64,000 nucleotides of DNA from an uncultured archaeon (GTDB lineage: Archaea > Thermoproteota > Nitrososphaeria > Nitrososphaerales > Gagatemarchaeaceae), in the NCBI GenBank assembly GCA_963799775.1, contig CAWCYD010000003.1:928001-992000 (forward strand). The letters run 5' to 3'. Below are positions 49,440 to 59,638 of this stretch, piece after piece. The position numbers were made by a program, and so were the translations under genes. Below the pieces are notes generated by a model. It was not told the DNA's origin and did not search any database. It was given only the letters and a program-made list of their open reading frames with translations. Within the stretch, counting starts at the first letter, position 1; every line of letters starts with the position of its first letter.

Positions 49440-50882
49440 TCAGACGGGGGTCTTCTTCCTGAGGACCAGCACAAAGCCGCCGACCACAAGGCCCACAGAA
49501 GCGGCGCCAGCGACCGCCAGCCCGCTGACCACTAGGCCCGGCGGCGAATACTGTAGAGACTCGCCCGAGACCCCCTTTGGCAGAGGCCCCAACACCGTCC
49601 CGTTTGCGTACTGGAGGGGGAACTCGTTCGGGAGGAAATGCCCGGGTAGCACGAGAGGCTGACGCGTCGCCTGGGAAAAGTCAAACGCCTCCAACAGGTC
49701 GCTCGCCTTTGCGTCCCTCGTCCCCATCGACGGGACGTGGAAGACGGTCTCGATGAGCTTCAGGGTGGAGGCGTCCTCGCTCAGGGTGTGGTCAATCATG
49801 CCTTGCTTGGCGTAGGGCGAGATCAACATGGCTGGCGCGCGGAAGCCGAACCCGTATTGGTCGACCTGGGGCGGAGCGGCGTTGTCATACCAGCCCCCGT
49901 AATCGTCCCAAGTGAGGATAATCGCGCTCGAGGACCAGTACTGGCTGTTCATGATGTCGTTTATCTCCGAGACGACGCTCAGCTCCCCAGTGGTCACGTT
50001 GTAGGGCGGGTGCTCGCTCGTCTGGTCTGTCTCGGGCATGAGCCAAGCCACGGAGGGGAAGCCGGGCTTCGCGATGTCCAGCGGGAAGTCGTAGGTCTCC
50101 TTGAGACCCTGGAGGTTCGGGTGGGTCTGCAGGTATGGGATGTCCGCGGGCAGTGGGTTCCAGCCGTTGACGAAGGTGTGGTCGCCCGCGTAGTAGGTCC
50201 ACGAGACGTTCGCGGCGTCGAGCTCGTTAACTATCGTCGGGAAGGTGAACTTGTAGCTGATGTTGTTGTTGACTATGCCGCCGCCCTGCCCCGCGAGGAG
50301 GTAGATGTGGTTCGGGAGGCTGGGACCGAGGTAGGGCGTGAACCAGTTGTCGAAGAGGACGTACTGGTAGGCGTAGTCCCAGTAGTAGGGGATGAGGTCG
50401 GGGTTGAAGTATCCCATCGTGATGTTGCTGTTCTCGCCGTTCTTCGTGAGGAACCCGTCCATCTTCCCGCTGTCGTAGTCCGCCTGCGCGCACTGGGAGA
50501 AGTGGCAGAGAAGGGTGGGCGAGTTGGGGAGCACGGCCGAGTTCAGCTCGAAGGGAGCGACGGGCTGCGAGTCGTTGGGATTGATCTGAGGGACGGCGTG
50601 CGATATCCCGTTGACCCCGGGATATGCGCCGAAGTAGTTGTCGAAGGAGTGGTTCTCCTGGACGATGATGAAGATGTGCTTTATCGCGGAGTATCCCGCC
50701 GACGTGGTGGTGTCCGCGTAGGTGGAAGGGAAGGGCGAGAGGAGCAGCAACGCGAGCAGGAGGATCGGTAGGGCGCGTCGCCGCGGGCTCAAACTTCGAG
50801 GAATGCGAGGCCCGGGTGTATTTAGCGCCTGCCTCCAGAGGGTCAATTCAGGCCCCGGGGACGCTTTTACATAACAAAACAC
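49440..50882 (-). CDS. Phosphoesterase (phospholipase C/acid phosphatase family), membrane-anchored
   Basis: IKHIFIIVQENHSFDNYFG, SLPNH, SEHP, TWDDYGGWYD, GFRAP. Confidence 0.9.
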   Translation of the reverse strand: MFCYVKASPGPELTLWRQALNTPGPRIPRSLSPRRRALPILLLALLLLSPFPSTYADTTTSAGYSAIKHIFIIVQENHSFDNYFGAYPGVNGISHAVPQINPNDSQPVAPFELNSAVLPNSPTLLCHFSQCAQADYDSGKMDGFLTKNGENSNITMGYFNPDLIPYYWDYAYQYVLFDNWFTPYLGPSLPNHIYLLAGQGGGIVNNNISYKFTFPTIVNELDAANVSWTYYAGDHTFVNGWNPLPADIPYLQTHPNLQGLKETYDFPLDIAKPGFPSVAWLMPETDQTSEHPPYNVTTGELSVVSEINDIMNSQYWSSSAIILTWDDYGGWYDNAAPPQVDQYGFGFRAPAMLISPYAKQGMIDHTLSEDASTLKLIETVFHVPSMGTRDAKASDLLEAFDFSQATRQPLVLPGHFLPNEFPLQYANGTVLGPLPKGVSGESLQYSPPGLVVSGLAVAGAASVGLVVGGFVLVLRKKTPV

Positions 50883-50941
50883 GTATCAGATTTCCATCAA
50901 GGATAAATATATCATGAAATTATTTCACACAGGTTTTCAAT

Positions 50942-51418
50942 TTGGGGAGACTAGACGAGATTGACATGAAGATACTGGGGGCCCTTCACAGGGACGCCTC
51001 GATATCGATCCCCAAGTTGAGTAGCGACCTGGGCCTCAACCTCTCGGTGACCTACAGCAGGATCAAGCGGCTCATCAGGAGGGGGATCATCCAGCGCTAC
51101 ACCTTGGAGATCAACGAGAGCAAGCTCGGGCTGCCCGCGGGGGTGGTCGTCGGGCTCAACCTCGACCCGAAGCAGAGGGAGCAGGCGATCGGCGAGCTGA
51201 TGAAGCTCCCGCAGGCCAGGGACCTGACGGAGGTGACGGGGAGGTTCGACGCGTTCCTCACGCTGAGGGGCCGCACCATCGAGGAGCTGCACAAGATGAC
51301 GTCGGACGTCATCGGCAGGATCCCCGGGGTCACGCACTCGGAGACCTTCGTCGAGGTCGCGGAGAGGCAGCCAGAGGTCAGCTTCAACCTCGCGCCCGCG
51401 CCAGAGATAAAGGCCTGA
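50942..51418 (+). CDS. Lrp/AsnC transcriptional regulator
   Basis: LDEIDMKIL...RIKRL..GII; EVTGRFD. Confidence 0.9.
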   Translation: MGRLDEIDMKILGALHRDASISIPKLSSDLGLNLSVTYSRIKRLIRRGIIQRYTLEINESKLGLPAGVVVGLNLDPKQREQAIGELMKLPQARDLTEVTGRFDAFLTLRGRTIEELHKMTSDVIGRIPGVTHSETFVEVAERQPEVSFNLAPAPEIKA

Positions 51419-51447
51419 CATCCTGTCCGAATCTTCGGACTTCCAGG

Positions 51448-52284
51448 TCATAGCCAATCAGCGGTAGCGGACTGCCAATCCGCGCGCGAAAAAAGGAATC
51501 CGATTATCAGGGTTGGAATAGGCGCGAGCCCAAAGAATAATCCGGTCAAGAATGGAGGTAGCGAGAAAGTAGCCCCTGTCAGGATGAGGGTGACGTTGAT
51601 TGCCCCATAGCTTAGAGCCTCGACGAGACTGAGAATGACCATCTTGCGTCTCGACCTGATACTCGAGGAGAAATAGATGAAGAAGACTAAAGGTGCGACC
51701 CAAAGGCCGTAAAAAAAGAAGAAAGAAATCGATATGAACGCGCCATCTCCGATTGGACCCGGCTGCGTCAACTGACCTGAGGTCAGGACAGGAATCGCGA
51801 CTAGTGGAAGCGCTATGTTGACCCCCAGACATGCATCGCGAACGATTCGCAGTTTGGGTGAAATCGGTTCCAATCTGGTCTTCTCCGCGTACGCGAGGCC
51901 CCAACCGGTGAGGAGACACAGGGAAGGTGAGATTGCGAAGAGTTCGATGAAGAAATCAAAGCCGGGCGACAATCCGACAACACCGATTATTACGAAGAAG
52001 AAGAAGAAAAAAGGGAAGACGTAGTAGACCAAGGTGAGCAAGGCGAGAGATAGTCTGCCGCTCCACTGCTTCAGGCTCGTTTTCCAAAAATAGTAGACAA
52101 AGGCGACGGGTGGAAACAAGAAGTAAGGGTAGATGAGGTAGTGAAACACAAAGGCTCCCCAAAGGTCAAGAGTGTTTCCGATTGAGAGTTCGAATGCCGT
52201 ATACTCCAGTGCCACTATCGTCAAACCGGTGATGCCAAGACCGAGGATGAGGAAGGCTTGCGGAAGCTTCATCTCAAGTACCAT
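51448..52284 (-). CDS. Hypothetical polytopic membrane protein
   Basis: About 8 hydrophobic segments, Phe-rich, more AT-rich than its neighbours. Confidence 0.6.
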   Translation of the reverse strand: MVLEMKLPQAFLILGLGITGLTIVALEYTAFELSIGNTLDLWGAFVFHYLIYPYFLFPPVAFVYYFWKTSLKQWSGRLSLALLTLVYYVFPFFFFFFVIIGVVGLSPGFDFFIELFAISPSLCLLTGWGLAYAEKTRLEPISPKLRIVRDACLGVNIALPLVAIPVLTSGQLTQPGPIGDGAFISISFFFFYGLWVAPLVFFIYFSSSIRSRRKMVILSLVEALSYGAINVTLILTGATFSLPPFLTGLFFGLAPIPTLIIGFLFSRADWQSATADWL

Positions 52285-52505
52285 CTTATCCGCAGGTTTC
52301 TCCGAGGACCGCCCTTGGGTGGGTCATCCTTGAACCTCCGCCTTCATGTGATGCAGCTCTTTCGGTGATCTCAAGGCAACCACTATAATTGCCGCCAGGT
52401 ATGAAGCTCTTCTTGTCGCTTGCAACGTCACACATCTCGTAAATGATGTCGGAGTGCTGAAGACGCCCGCTCGATTTATAGGTCGGACAGCCGGTCGGCG
52501 CGAAC

Positions 52506-53219
52506 GTGGCAGACCCCTTCGTCGTCGTCGACCAGTTCGCCGCGCAGGGGAAGCTGAAGCCCGCTCTGGTCACGAAGCTGAAGGCCCGAGGCCCGTATCT
52601 CTTTGGCGCGATAGGCCGCGTCGAGAAGGCGACAGGCCTCAAGTATCCTCCGTTCTACGTCGACCCGACCCTCCCGCTAGCTCTCACCTCGGTGGAGTAC
52701 GGGAGCATGGGCGCTTTCTTCGCCAGGGTCATCCCGGCCCCCTTCGAGGGGAGGCTCTCTATCATCGTCCAGTTCACTGCACCTCTCATCCTCTTCGGGG
52801 GCAAGCCGACCATCGAGGCGGTCGCGGGGCACGAGTTCACCCACTACGTGGACCTCGTGAGGAGGCTGAGCAGCGGTGACGTCCTCAGCGACGAGAGGGT
52901 CAGCACGCTCTTCGAGGCGGGGCACGCCGACGAGGAGAGGCTCATCAGCCCGAAGAAGGTCTTCGCGGGCGACAAGGCCCTGGCGAAGCTCATCGACAAG
53001 AAGTTCACGCCCAACCTCACCGACCCAAAGCTCGACGAGAAGGTCAGCAAGAGCTGGATAGCAAAGGGCCTGCCCACGAAGACCGTCTCGACGGAGGACA
53101 ACGTCGCCAGGCTGGACATGGGCGTGGTCGCGAGGACGAGCTTCGACCCTTCCCTCCTCGAGAGGATCAGGGCGATGGAAGCGCCGTCCCCGCCGCAGGG
53201 CAAGCGCCCCCGGAAGTGA
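52506..53219 (+). CDS. Hypothetical protein with an HExxH motif
   Basis: VAGHEFTHY; host-like codon usage; overlaps the next gene. Confidence 0.65.
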   Translation: MADPFVVVDQFAAQGKLKPALVTKLKARGPYLFGAIGRVEKATGLKYPPFYVDPTLPLALTSVEYGSMGAFFARVIPAPFEGRLSIIVQFTAPLILFGGKPTIEAVAGHEFTHYVDLVRRLSSGDVLSDERVSTLFEAGHADEERLISPKKVFAGDKALAKLIDKKFTPNLTDPKLDEKVSKSWIAKGLPTKTVSTEDNVARLDMGVVARTSFDPSLLERIRAMEAPSPPQGKRPRK

Positions 53220-54881
53220 TTTGGCCGATGATGCTCAACCGGCTAAAGGCCGAAGAGACCAGCCAGCTTCTCGAGGTGGCTGACTCGGTCGTCGGCAGCG
53301 GGAAGGCACTCTCCGTGGCCGCCTACGGCTCGAAAGTCGCGGGGTATGCGAAGCCTGACTCGGACTACGACCTCATCGTCGTCGCGAAGAAGTTCAGGGG
53401 CGGAATAAAATACCAATACGTCCACGAGCCCGTCACCGCGGCGGCCCTGGTGGTCGAGGCGGAACTCCTCGAGAAGGACGCCGTCAGGGCCTACCTGGGC
53501 GAGTTCGTCTCCGGCAGGCTCCTCAACGTCTACGAGCCGCTCCTCAACGGCGACCTCATCAAGAGCGCGGAGGTGGAGTCGAAGAAGAGGGTCCTCGCGG
53601 AGGAGATACTCGAGATCGCCTCGGTCCAAGGCGAGTTCTCGCACGGACTCATCATCCCCCTCGAGTACTTCCTGTTCAACAAGCTCCACAAGAGGGCGAT
53701 AGTCTACCCGCCGGCCCTCTACAGCTACATCAAGACATACACGTGCCCGTCGGGGGAGGAGAACAAGGCGTTCACGCTCGAGGGGTTCGCGGAGGCCGCA
53801 ATCTCCCTCGAGAAGAGCGGGGTGCTGAGGTTCGAGCCGAGGGCGGGCGCCCCCGTCATCAGGATTCTAGGCGAGGGGCTGAGGAGCAGGGCGTTCGGGA
53901 GCGTCCTCTCCCTCTTCAACCTCACGACGAGGGGCGTGAGGCAGTACGCGGTCCACGGCTACGCGGGGCGCGTAGGGATCAACGTCTTCAAGGACGAGGC
54001 CCTCTCCAAGGTCAAGAGGATGCAGGAGAAGTCGGACCCCCCGACGGAGCTCGAGGAGCCGAAGCTGCTGATAGGGCTCGCAGAGGGGTTCGCCGTCCCG
54101 AAGACGGAGATGATGCTCGAGAGGCTGGCGAGCATCGCAGGCATGGCGGAGTACACGAAGAGGGAGAAGAACCTCGGGGAGATTTACTCGACCGCGAAGC
54201 TCCTCACGCTCAGGGGGGAGGACGGGAAGGAGGCGAGGTTCGTCCTGAAGCACTTCGCGGACATCCGCTCCGTGAAGTGGACCCTCCTGAACTTCTGGTC
54301 GCACTCGCGCAAGTTCAGCACTTCCCCGCAGGCGAGGATGCACAGGGAGTACAGCGCCACCCTGGCGCTGAGGGCGAAGGACGTCAGGGCACCGGCCATA
54401 CTGGGCGCGGTCCTCGACGACAAGGTCCTCTGCGAAGGAGTTCGTCGAGGGGGAGAGGTTCTCGGACATCGTCCAGCGGATACTGATGGGCAGGTCTGAC
54501 GACACGGCGCTCGTCGAGAGGTTCGGCGAGGCGATGGCCGCGGTCCACAAGGCGGGGTATGCGCTGGGGGACTCGAAGGCGACGAATATCATCATCCAAG
54601 AAGACGGCGGGCTGTGCTTCACGGACCTCGAGCAGGCGAGCGAGGGAGGGGACCAGGGCTGGGACATCGCGGCCTTCCTCTACTACCAGGCGAAGCTCTC
54701 CTTCAAGGAGGTCGGGATGAAGAAGGTGGCGGGTGCGTTCCTCAGGGGTTACGGGGAGTCGAACGGGCCCGAGAACATCGCGAAGGCGAAGAGCACGAAA
54801 TACATCACCCCCTTCAGGCCCCTGAGCGCCCCTCAGATGCTAAAGGTCGTCAGGGAGTCGCTCGAAGCGCAGTCGCGCTAG
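53216..54881 (+). CDS. Nucleotidyltransferase + C-terminal kinase-like fusion (frameshift near 54430)
   Basis: YGSKVAGYAKPDSDYDL; VLK, LGDSKATN, FTDLEQA, GWDIA. Confidence 0.7.
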
Positions 54882-54901
54882 ACAGACCCTGGACCCGTCC
54901 A

Positions 54902-55516
54902 TCACTCAAAGCGGGTATAGGCCAGCAGCACAAGCTGTCCGTTGTAGGCAGTCGGGGGCGACTGGACGTATACCGTGAAGGTCCACTGGACCGACCCAGT
55001 GCCGAACCCCGCGGTGTAGTTGCCCATGATGGGGAGGGAAGGGCTCACCTGGACGACAGTGAAGCCGGGAGTGAGGGCCGTGACGTTCGTGACAAAGACC
55101 GGGCAGGACACGCATGCGCTGTAGCCTATCTGGAAGAGGACAGGAACGTCGCTCCCCGGGGTCCCTCCCAACCAGAGCGTGTCACCGAAGATGCTCGTGT
55201 CGTTCGTCGCGAGGCGGTTGTCAGCAGGGCCGTCGACGTCCCCTACCACGTTGAAGATCGCCAGTTGAGGGACGTCACACGGCGATACCGGGCACGTGCT
55301 AGTAGAGTTCGTCGACACCGTCGTCGAGTTTGAGGCCGCAGCGGTCGACGAGCTGGAGTTTGAAGTGGTCTTCACCAGAGTGGAAGAGCTCTCAGTGACC
55401 GGGAGCGTGCTAGTCGTGTTGAGACTTGTGGCGGCCGGTGGATTCCTCAGCGAAACTGAGATCTCGAACGTGACCGCGGCAACTGAGACGAAGACTAGGA
55501 TGGCCACGATCGCCAT
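54902..55516 (-). CDS. Hypothetical secreted/anchored protein
   Basis: N-terminal hydrophobic helix, S/T linker, Cys pairs. Confidence 0.6.
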   Translation of the reverse strand: MAIVAILVFVSVAAVTFEISVSLRNPPAATSLNTTSTLPVTESSSTLVKTTSNSSSSTAAASNSTTVSTNSTSTCPVSPCDVPQLAIFNVVGDVDGPADNRLATNDTSIFGDTLWLGGTPGSDVPVLFQIGYSACVSCPVFVTNVTALTPGFTVVQVSPSLPIMGNYTAGFGTGSVQWTFTVYVQSPPTAYNGQLVLLAYTRFE

Positions 55517-55634
55517 GAAGGTCCTTTCCTACCGCAAACCGCCTGCCTTGGGGCTGCAACACCCGGCAGTGGCGGAAGCGCGATTATTATCTTTTATCGT
55601 AAAGTTATGAATAACTCTACTGTCGGAGGCCGAA

Positions 55635-55922
55635 CTATACCTTCGGATTCTTAAAAGTCGTGTAGCCGCAGTTGCCGCAGGACAGCCTGTCCTTGTGCTC
55701 TGCCATGAAGTACCCCTTGCCGCACCTCGGGCACTCCTTCTTCAGCCTCTGGACCGTCTCCCCGCTGACCTTGTAGAGCTTCCAGACCTGGACGTTTGCG
55801 CGGGGCTTTCGCTCCTTTCGGACCTTCCGGACCTTCGGTGCCTCCGCAGGCTCTGCGCCCGGAGCTGGAGGCGGCGCCGCTGGGGCCGCTGGTGGTGGGG
55901 CCGGAGGAGGTGCCTTGGACAA
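55635..55922 (-). CDS. rps27ae: 30S ribosomal protein S27ae (eS31)
   Basis: CPRCG..YFMAEH.DR..CGNCGYT. Confidence 0.95.
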   Translation of the reverse strand: MSKAPPPAPPPAAPAAPPPAPGAEPAEAPKVRKVRKERKPRANVQVWKLYKVSGETVQRLKKECPRCGKGYFMAEHKDRLSCGNCGYTTFKNPKV

Positions 55923-56282
55923 TTACTTCTTCTTGGCTCCCTTTTGCTGCTTTGCCTGGACGGCCGCCTGATCTGCCTTCTTCTTTGCCTCCTTGGCTGC
56001 GGCCCTCTCTTCCTTCGTCATCAATCGTTCCCTGAGGTAGGTCGGCGAGACGCTCTTGAGCGCCGCGTCGGAGTCATAGATCCTGAAAGAGCCCAGCACG
56101 TCCCTCTTGCCCGAGCCCGACGCGAGCTTGAGCAGGGCGACCCTGTTCTCCTCGACCTTCATCGACTGGGCGACCTCGTTGACCGCGTCCCTCCTCGAGA
56201 TGCTTCCCGCCTTGTCCGGGAAGAGGACGTCAACGTCGGTCCTCTTCAGGAGCTTCGACTCCTTCTTCTCTAATATCTGCAA
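55923..56282 (-). CDS. rps24e: 30S ribosomal protein S24e
   Basis: KLLKR, GKRDVLG..RIYDS; conserved position before S27ae. Confidence 0.85.
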   Translation of the reverse strand: MQILEKKESKLLKRTDVDVLFPDKAGSISRRDAVNEVAQSMKVEENRVALLKLASGSGKRDVLGSFRIYDSDAALKSVSPTYLRERLMTKEERAAAKEAKKKADQAAVQAKQQKGAKKK

Positions 56283-56352
56283 GCGATTTTCCTAGCGACC
56301 CGCAAGGAGGGGTGATTAAAGCCCTTTCGGGCGCGAGAGCACGGATTCGAGT

Positions 56353-56921
56353 CTATCTCACCACTGATATCCCTTCAGGCCCCACCCTAAGCTGCGAGGG
56401 GAAGAGGCCGCGTATCGCGATGACGTTCTTGTCGTCGTGCGCCCCCGAGAAGAGGATGAAGATCGCCATGACGCGCCTCCCGCTTATCACCTCGCCAGCC
56501 TCCTTCAGGAACTTGTAGCACGCTGGGAACCCGGAGAAGATCATCATGTCCGATATGCTGTCGAAGATTATGGCCGTGGGCTCGGTGGTGGAGGACAGCG
56601 TCCTATCGAGCACGTCGAGAAGTACCCCGAGTCGAAGAGCGGGACGTTGACCTCGTCGGGGTTGGTGGGGGAGGGCGAGACGTATCTGGCGGACTCTGAC
56701 ATCGTGTAAAGCTTGACCCCAGTGACCGAGGAGAAGGCCGAATGGAGCCGGCTGCCCTTCCCCGAGATCAGGAATACGCCCCGCTTCTCGGCTTGGAAGT
56801 CCTTCACCAACGCCTCGAGAGACGCTTCATATCTCGCCGAGGTGTCGACCTCGATGAGTGTGAGCTCGCCGTCCTCGAGACGGATCACGTCTCCGTCAGT
56901 GGCGCGGGCCTCAGACGCCAC
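56353..56921 (-). CDS. DUF835-like inactive RecA-fold domain (frameshift near 56620)
   Basis: AIIFDSISDMMIFSG, GAHDDK. Confidence 0.55.
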
Positions 56922-57721
56922 GCCTCGCCCGCGCCCGAGGCCGTCGGGGTCGCAGGGTTGACGAAGCCGGAGTAGATCGCGGCGTTCCTAAAGTTCCGGG
57001 CTATCAGCCCGAAGAAGACGCTGAGTATCACGTATGCGATGGCGGTGAGGTCGATCGCGAAGTTGTAGAGGGAGACCGCTGACATGAGGTAGATCGCCGA
57101 GCTCCCGGCCCAGCCGATCGCCAGCCCGTACTGGGCGCGCCTCATCTGCGGGTTCTGCACCTTCCGGGCCGAGACCGCGAGCAACCCCACGGGATAGACG
57201 AGGAAGAGGACGAAGAGGAGGCCCACGGAGATCGCGAAGGTCGTGGAGTAGGAGGCCGCAAGGACCGTCCCACCGGCAAAGTCCTGCGCCGTGATGGTGG
57301 AGAATGGCCTGACGAAAGCCAGGTAGGCCTCCGCGCTGCTCGTCCCGAGGACGAAGATCAGGAACATGACAAAGTGCTTGGGACGGGAGCGCAGGTCGGA
57401 GAGCAGGAGGGAGTAGGTCGACCCGTTGGGCCTCAGATACGTCCCCACCGCCGCCAAGAAGAGGAGGATCGACTCTAGGAAGCCGAGGCCGAAGGGGAGG
57501 AGGGGGTAGACGTAGAGGAGCGCGGGGCTTCCCGTGAGGATCCTCGCAAGGTCTGCCAGCATCAGGAACAAGATGACGATGTAGACCTCGACCAGAAAGT
57601 CCCGGATCAGCTGGTACGAGGTCAGGCGCTGCCTGAAGGTGAGGTATCCGGAGAACAGGGTTATCGAGATGGCGACGAGGTAGAGAGCGACGTTGACGAC
57701 GAGAGAGAGACCTGAGATCAA
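56885..57721 (-). CDS. Multi-TM membrane protein (sensor-like)
   Basis: TTG at 57721 overlaps the DPCK stop; about 7 hydrophobic helices. Confidence 0.6.
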   Translation of the reverse strand: MISGLSLVVNVALYLVAISITLFSGYLTFRQRLTSYQLIRDFLVEVYIVILFLMLADLARILTGSPALLYVYPLLPFGLGFLESILLFLAAVGTYLRPNGSTYSLLLSDLRSRPKHFVMFLIFVLGTSSAEAYLAFVRPFSTITAQDFAGGTVLAASYSTTFAISVGLLFVLFLVYPVGLLAVSARKVQNPQMRRAQYGLAIGWAGSSAIYLMSAVSLYNFAIDLTAIAYVILSVFFGLIARNFRNAAIYSGFVNPATPTASGAGEAWRLRPAPLTET

Positions 57722-58261
57722 ACAGACATCTGCCGGAGGATCTCTCGCGCGCGCTCCTTGGACCTCTCGTTGACCTCGACGGCCACCACCCCCTCGAGAG
57801 GCTGCCCATAGAAGACCACGGCCCCGGTCGGGGCCTCGATCACCGCGGGGATCGTGAGGAGGTCCATCCTCCCCGTCTATCAGGACCATGGCCGGCTTCA
57901 GGCCCGCGAAGGCCTTTTTCATCACCGTGAGGGAGGCACCCGTGATCCGGCCCGCGGGGTTCTTGGCCTTGAGGGTGGAGGCGTGCGCTATCTGGGGCAC
58001 CTCTCGCACTGCCCTCCTCTCGAGGCCGTCTACCACGAACACATCGGGGGAGCGGCCCATCGTCTCCTGGAGGGTCTCGGTCACCCTGTCGCCCACTGTG
58101 ACCACGAACTTCGCCTGCGCGGCGAGGCCGAGGAACTCCTCCCCCCTCACGTCGACGGCGGGGAACAGCCGTCCGAGGGGCCGCTTCAGTCTTCTGCGGA
58201 GAGCGGGCGTGAGGAGGCGGTCGCCCTTTGTCGGTTTCTTGCCGCCCCTGGCCGCCTTCAA
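57718..58261 (-). CDS. GTP-dependent dephospho-CoA kinase (DUF359), frameshift near 57868
   Basis: LKRPLGRL, TVGDRVT, NPAGRIT, IDGE(E)DLL, YGQP.EG; syntenic after spt4. Confidence 0.85.
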
Positions 58262-58265
58262 GACG

Positions 58266-58454
58266 CTAGCTTACCTTGAGAGCGTAACGGCCGGGGACCG
58301 TTATGCCGAGGGTCTGAGCCACGTTGGAGTGGTTTACGTCGAGCACAATCACCAGGCCGGACCACTCGTTGCTCAGCTCGTTCGACTTGTCGTTGGGGCA
58401 GACCTTGTCGTGGGTGAGCATGTGGCACTTTCTGCATGCTTGCTCTCGCGCCAT
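58266..58454 (-). CDS. spt4: Transcription elongation factor Spt4 (RpoE'')
   Basis: ACRKC...CPND..LSNEWSG...PGRYALKV. Confidence 0.95.
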   Translation of the reverse strand: MAREQACRKCHMLTHDKVCPNDKSNELSNEWSGLVIVLDVNHSNVAQTLGITVPGRYALKVS

Positions 58455-58482
58455 TCTCTATCTCGACTCTCCTCAGACTTCT

Positions 58483-59065
58483 CTAGGCGGCCCTTGCAGC
58501 GGCCTTCGCCTGCTTCTGGACCTTCTGGACCTCTTCCTCGACCCATTCCAGGGCGCCTAGGAACGGCTGCCTGCAGGTCACTCCTATCTTGCCCATCGAG
58601 ATGCCGTGCCCGAGGCTCACCGCGGTTATCCTCACGCGGACCTTGCTCCCGACCTTGAGCGTCCTCTTGCTCTGCGAGGCCGTGATGACTCCCGACTTTA
58701 CGTCGCTGGTCAGGTAGTCGTCCATTATCTGGCTCAGGTGGAGGAGGGCGTCCGTGGGGCCTATCCTCACGAAGGCCCCAAAGTCTGTGATCTCCACTAT
58801 CTCTCCCTCGACTATCTCCTGCTTGAGCGGGAAGAACGAGATGAACCTGGAACCTGACCTTATGGTAGGTCGCCCCGTCTCCCGGGATTATCTTCCCTAT
58901 CTTGTCGACCTTGACGTTCGTCACAAGGACGAGGTAGCCGTTCTCCGGGCTGATGGTGCTCTCGTACTTTTGCTTGAGCAGCTCTAGCGCTACGTTCTCG
59001 AGGTTCCCGCCGAAACGGTCTGGGGGCACCCGCACGACATCTTCAAGTTCGACTAGTTGAAACAT
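58483..59065 (-). CDS. rpoE: RNA polymerase subunit E (Rpo7), frameshift near 58840
   Basis: DVVRVPP, GDGATYH, FGAFVRIGPTDALLHLSQI, CRQPFLG. Confidence 0.95.
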
Positions 59066-59203
59066 GATATACCCTAGGGAGAGTTGCGCCTTTTTGGAAC
59101 CCTAATAAAAGATTTCCCCGAAATTTCAGGGTTCTCCTCCATGGAAACTAGCTTTCGCCCCTTCAGTGAAAACGAAGCATGAAATGGCTGAAACCATCCG
59201 TCT

Positions 59204-59638
59204 TCAGGCCCAAACGCGCCCTCCCCTGAGGGAGACCACGGTCTTCACGTGAGAGGCCCGGAGCCTTTCGGCGAGCTCGGAGTCGATGGTGGCCGCAGCC
59301 GCGCCCTCCTTCAGCGCGAAGGACACGATCTCGTCGTCGGGCTTTCCGCCGCCATCGTCCTGCAGGGAGAAGAATCCGTCGCGGATGAGCTCCAGTGCGA
59401 GCGAGGCGAACCTTGCTTTCTTGACCTTGGTCGCCGCAAGCCGCTCCAACTCCTCGCGGACAGACTCGAGCACCACAGGTGTGAAGGCGCCGAGCTTCTC
59501 GAGCATGTCCTCTCGCCAAGGTGTCGGATGCTCCATGACCGAGATGAGGAAGCTGCTGTCGAAGACGACGGTCTTTCGCGGCTTTGTGAAAGCGGAAGCT
59601 CGGTGGGTTGCCGACTTACTTGATGAGGCCGGACCCAA
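59204..59638 (-). CDS. PIN-domain protein (Fcf1/Utp24-like)
   Basis: VVFDSSFL, V.EEL, DDEI, ATID.EL; syntenic after eIF2gamma. Confidence 0.8.
   Translation of the reverse strand: MGPASSSKSATHRASAFTKPRKTVVFDSSFLISVMEHPTPWREDMLEKLGAFTPVVLESVREELERLAATKVKKARFASLALELIRDGFFSLQDDGGGKPDDEIVSFALKEGAAAATIDSELAERLRASHVKTVVSLRGGRVWA

Noticed and set aside
37954-50771. Long antisense or alternative-frame ORFs (e.g. 37954..39021, 45910..46824, 49737..50771)
   Set aside because: Shadows of GC-rich real genes; no motifs and no independent signals.
56885-58261. 458-aa ORF appearing to fuse dephospho-CoA kinase to a membrane domain
   Set aside because: Artefact of an indel near 57868; the normal DPCK C-terminus (DLLTIP...YGQP) is present in another frame and ends at 57718.
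59204-59638. PIN protein as another TA toxin
   Set aside because: Occupies the conserved position after eIF2gamma and has no antitoxin; it is the housekeeping Fcf1/Utp24-like gene.
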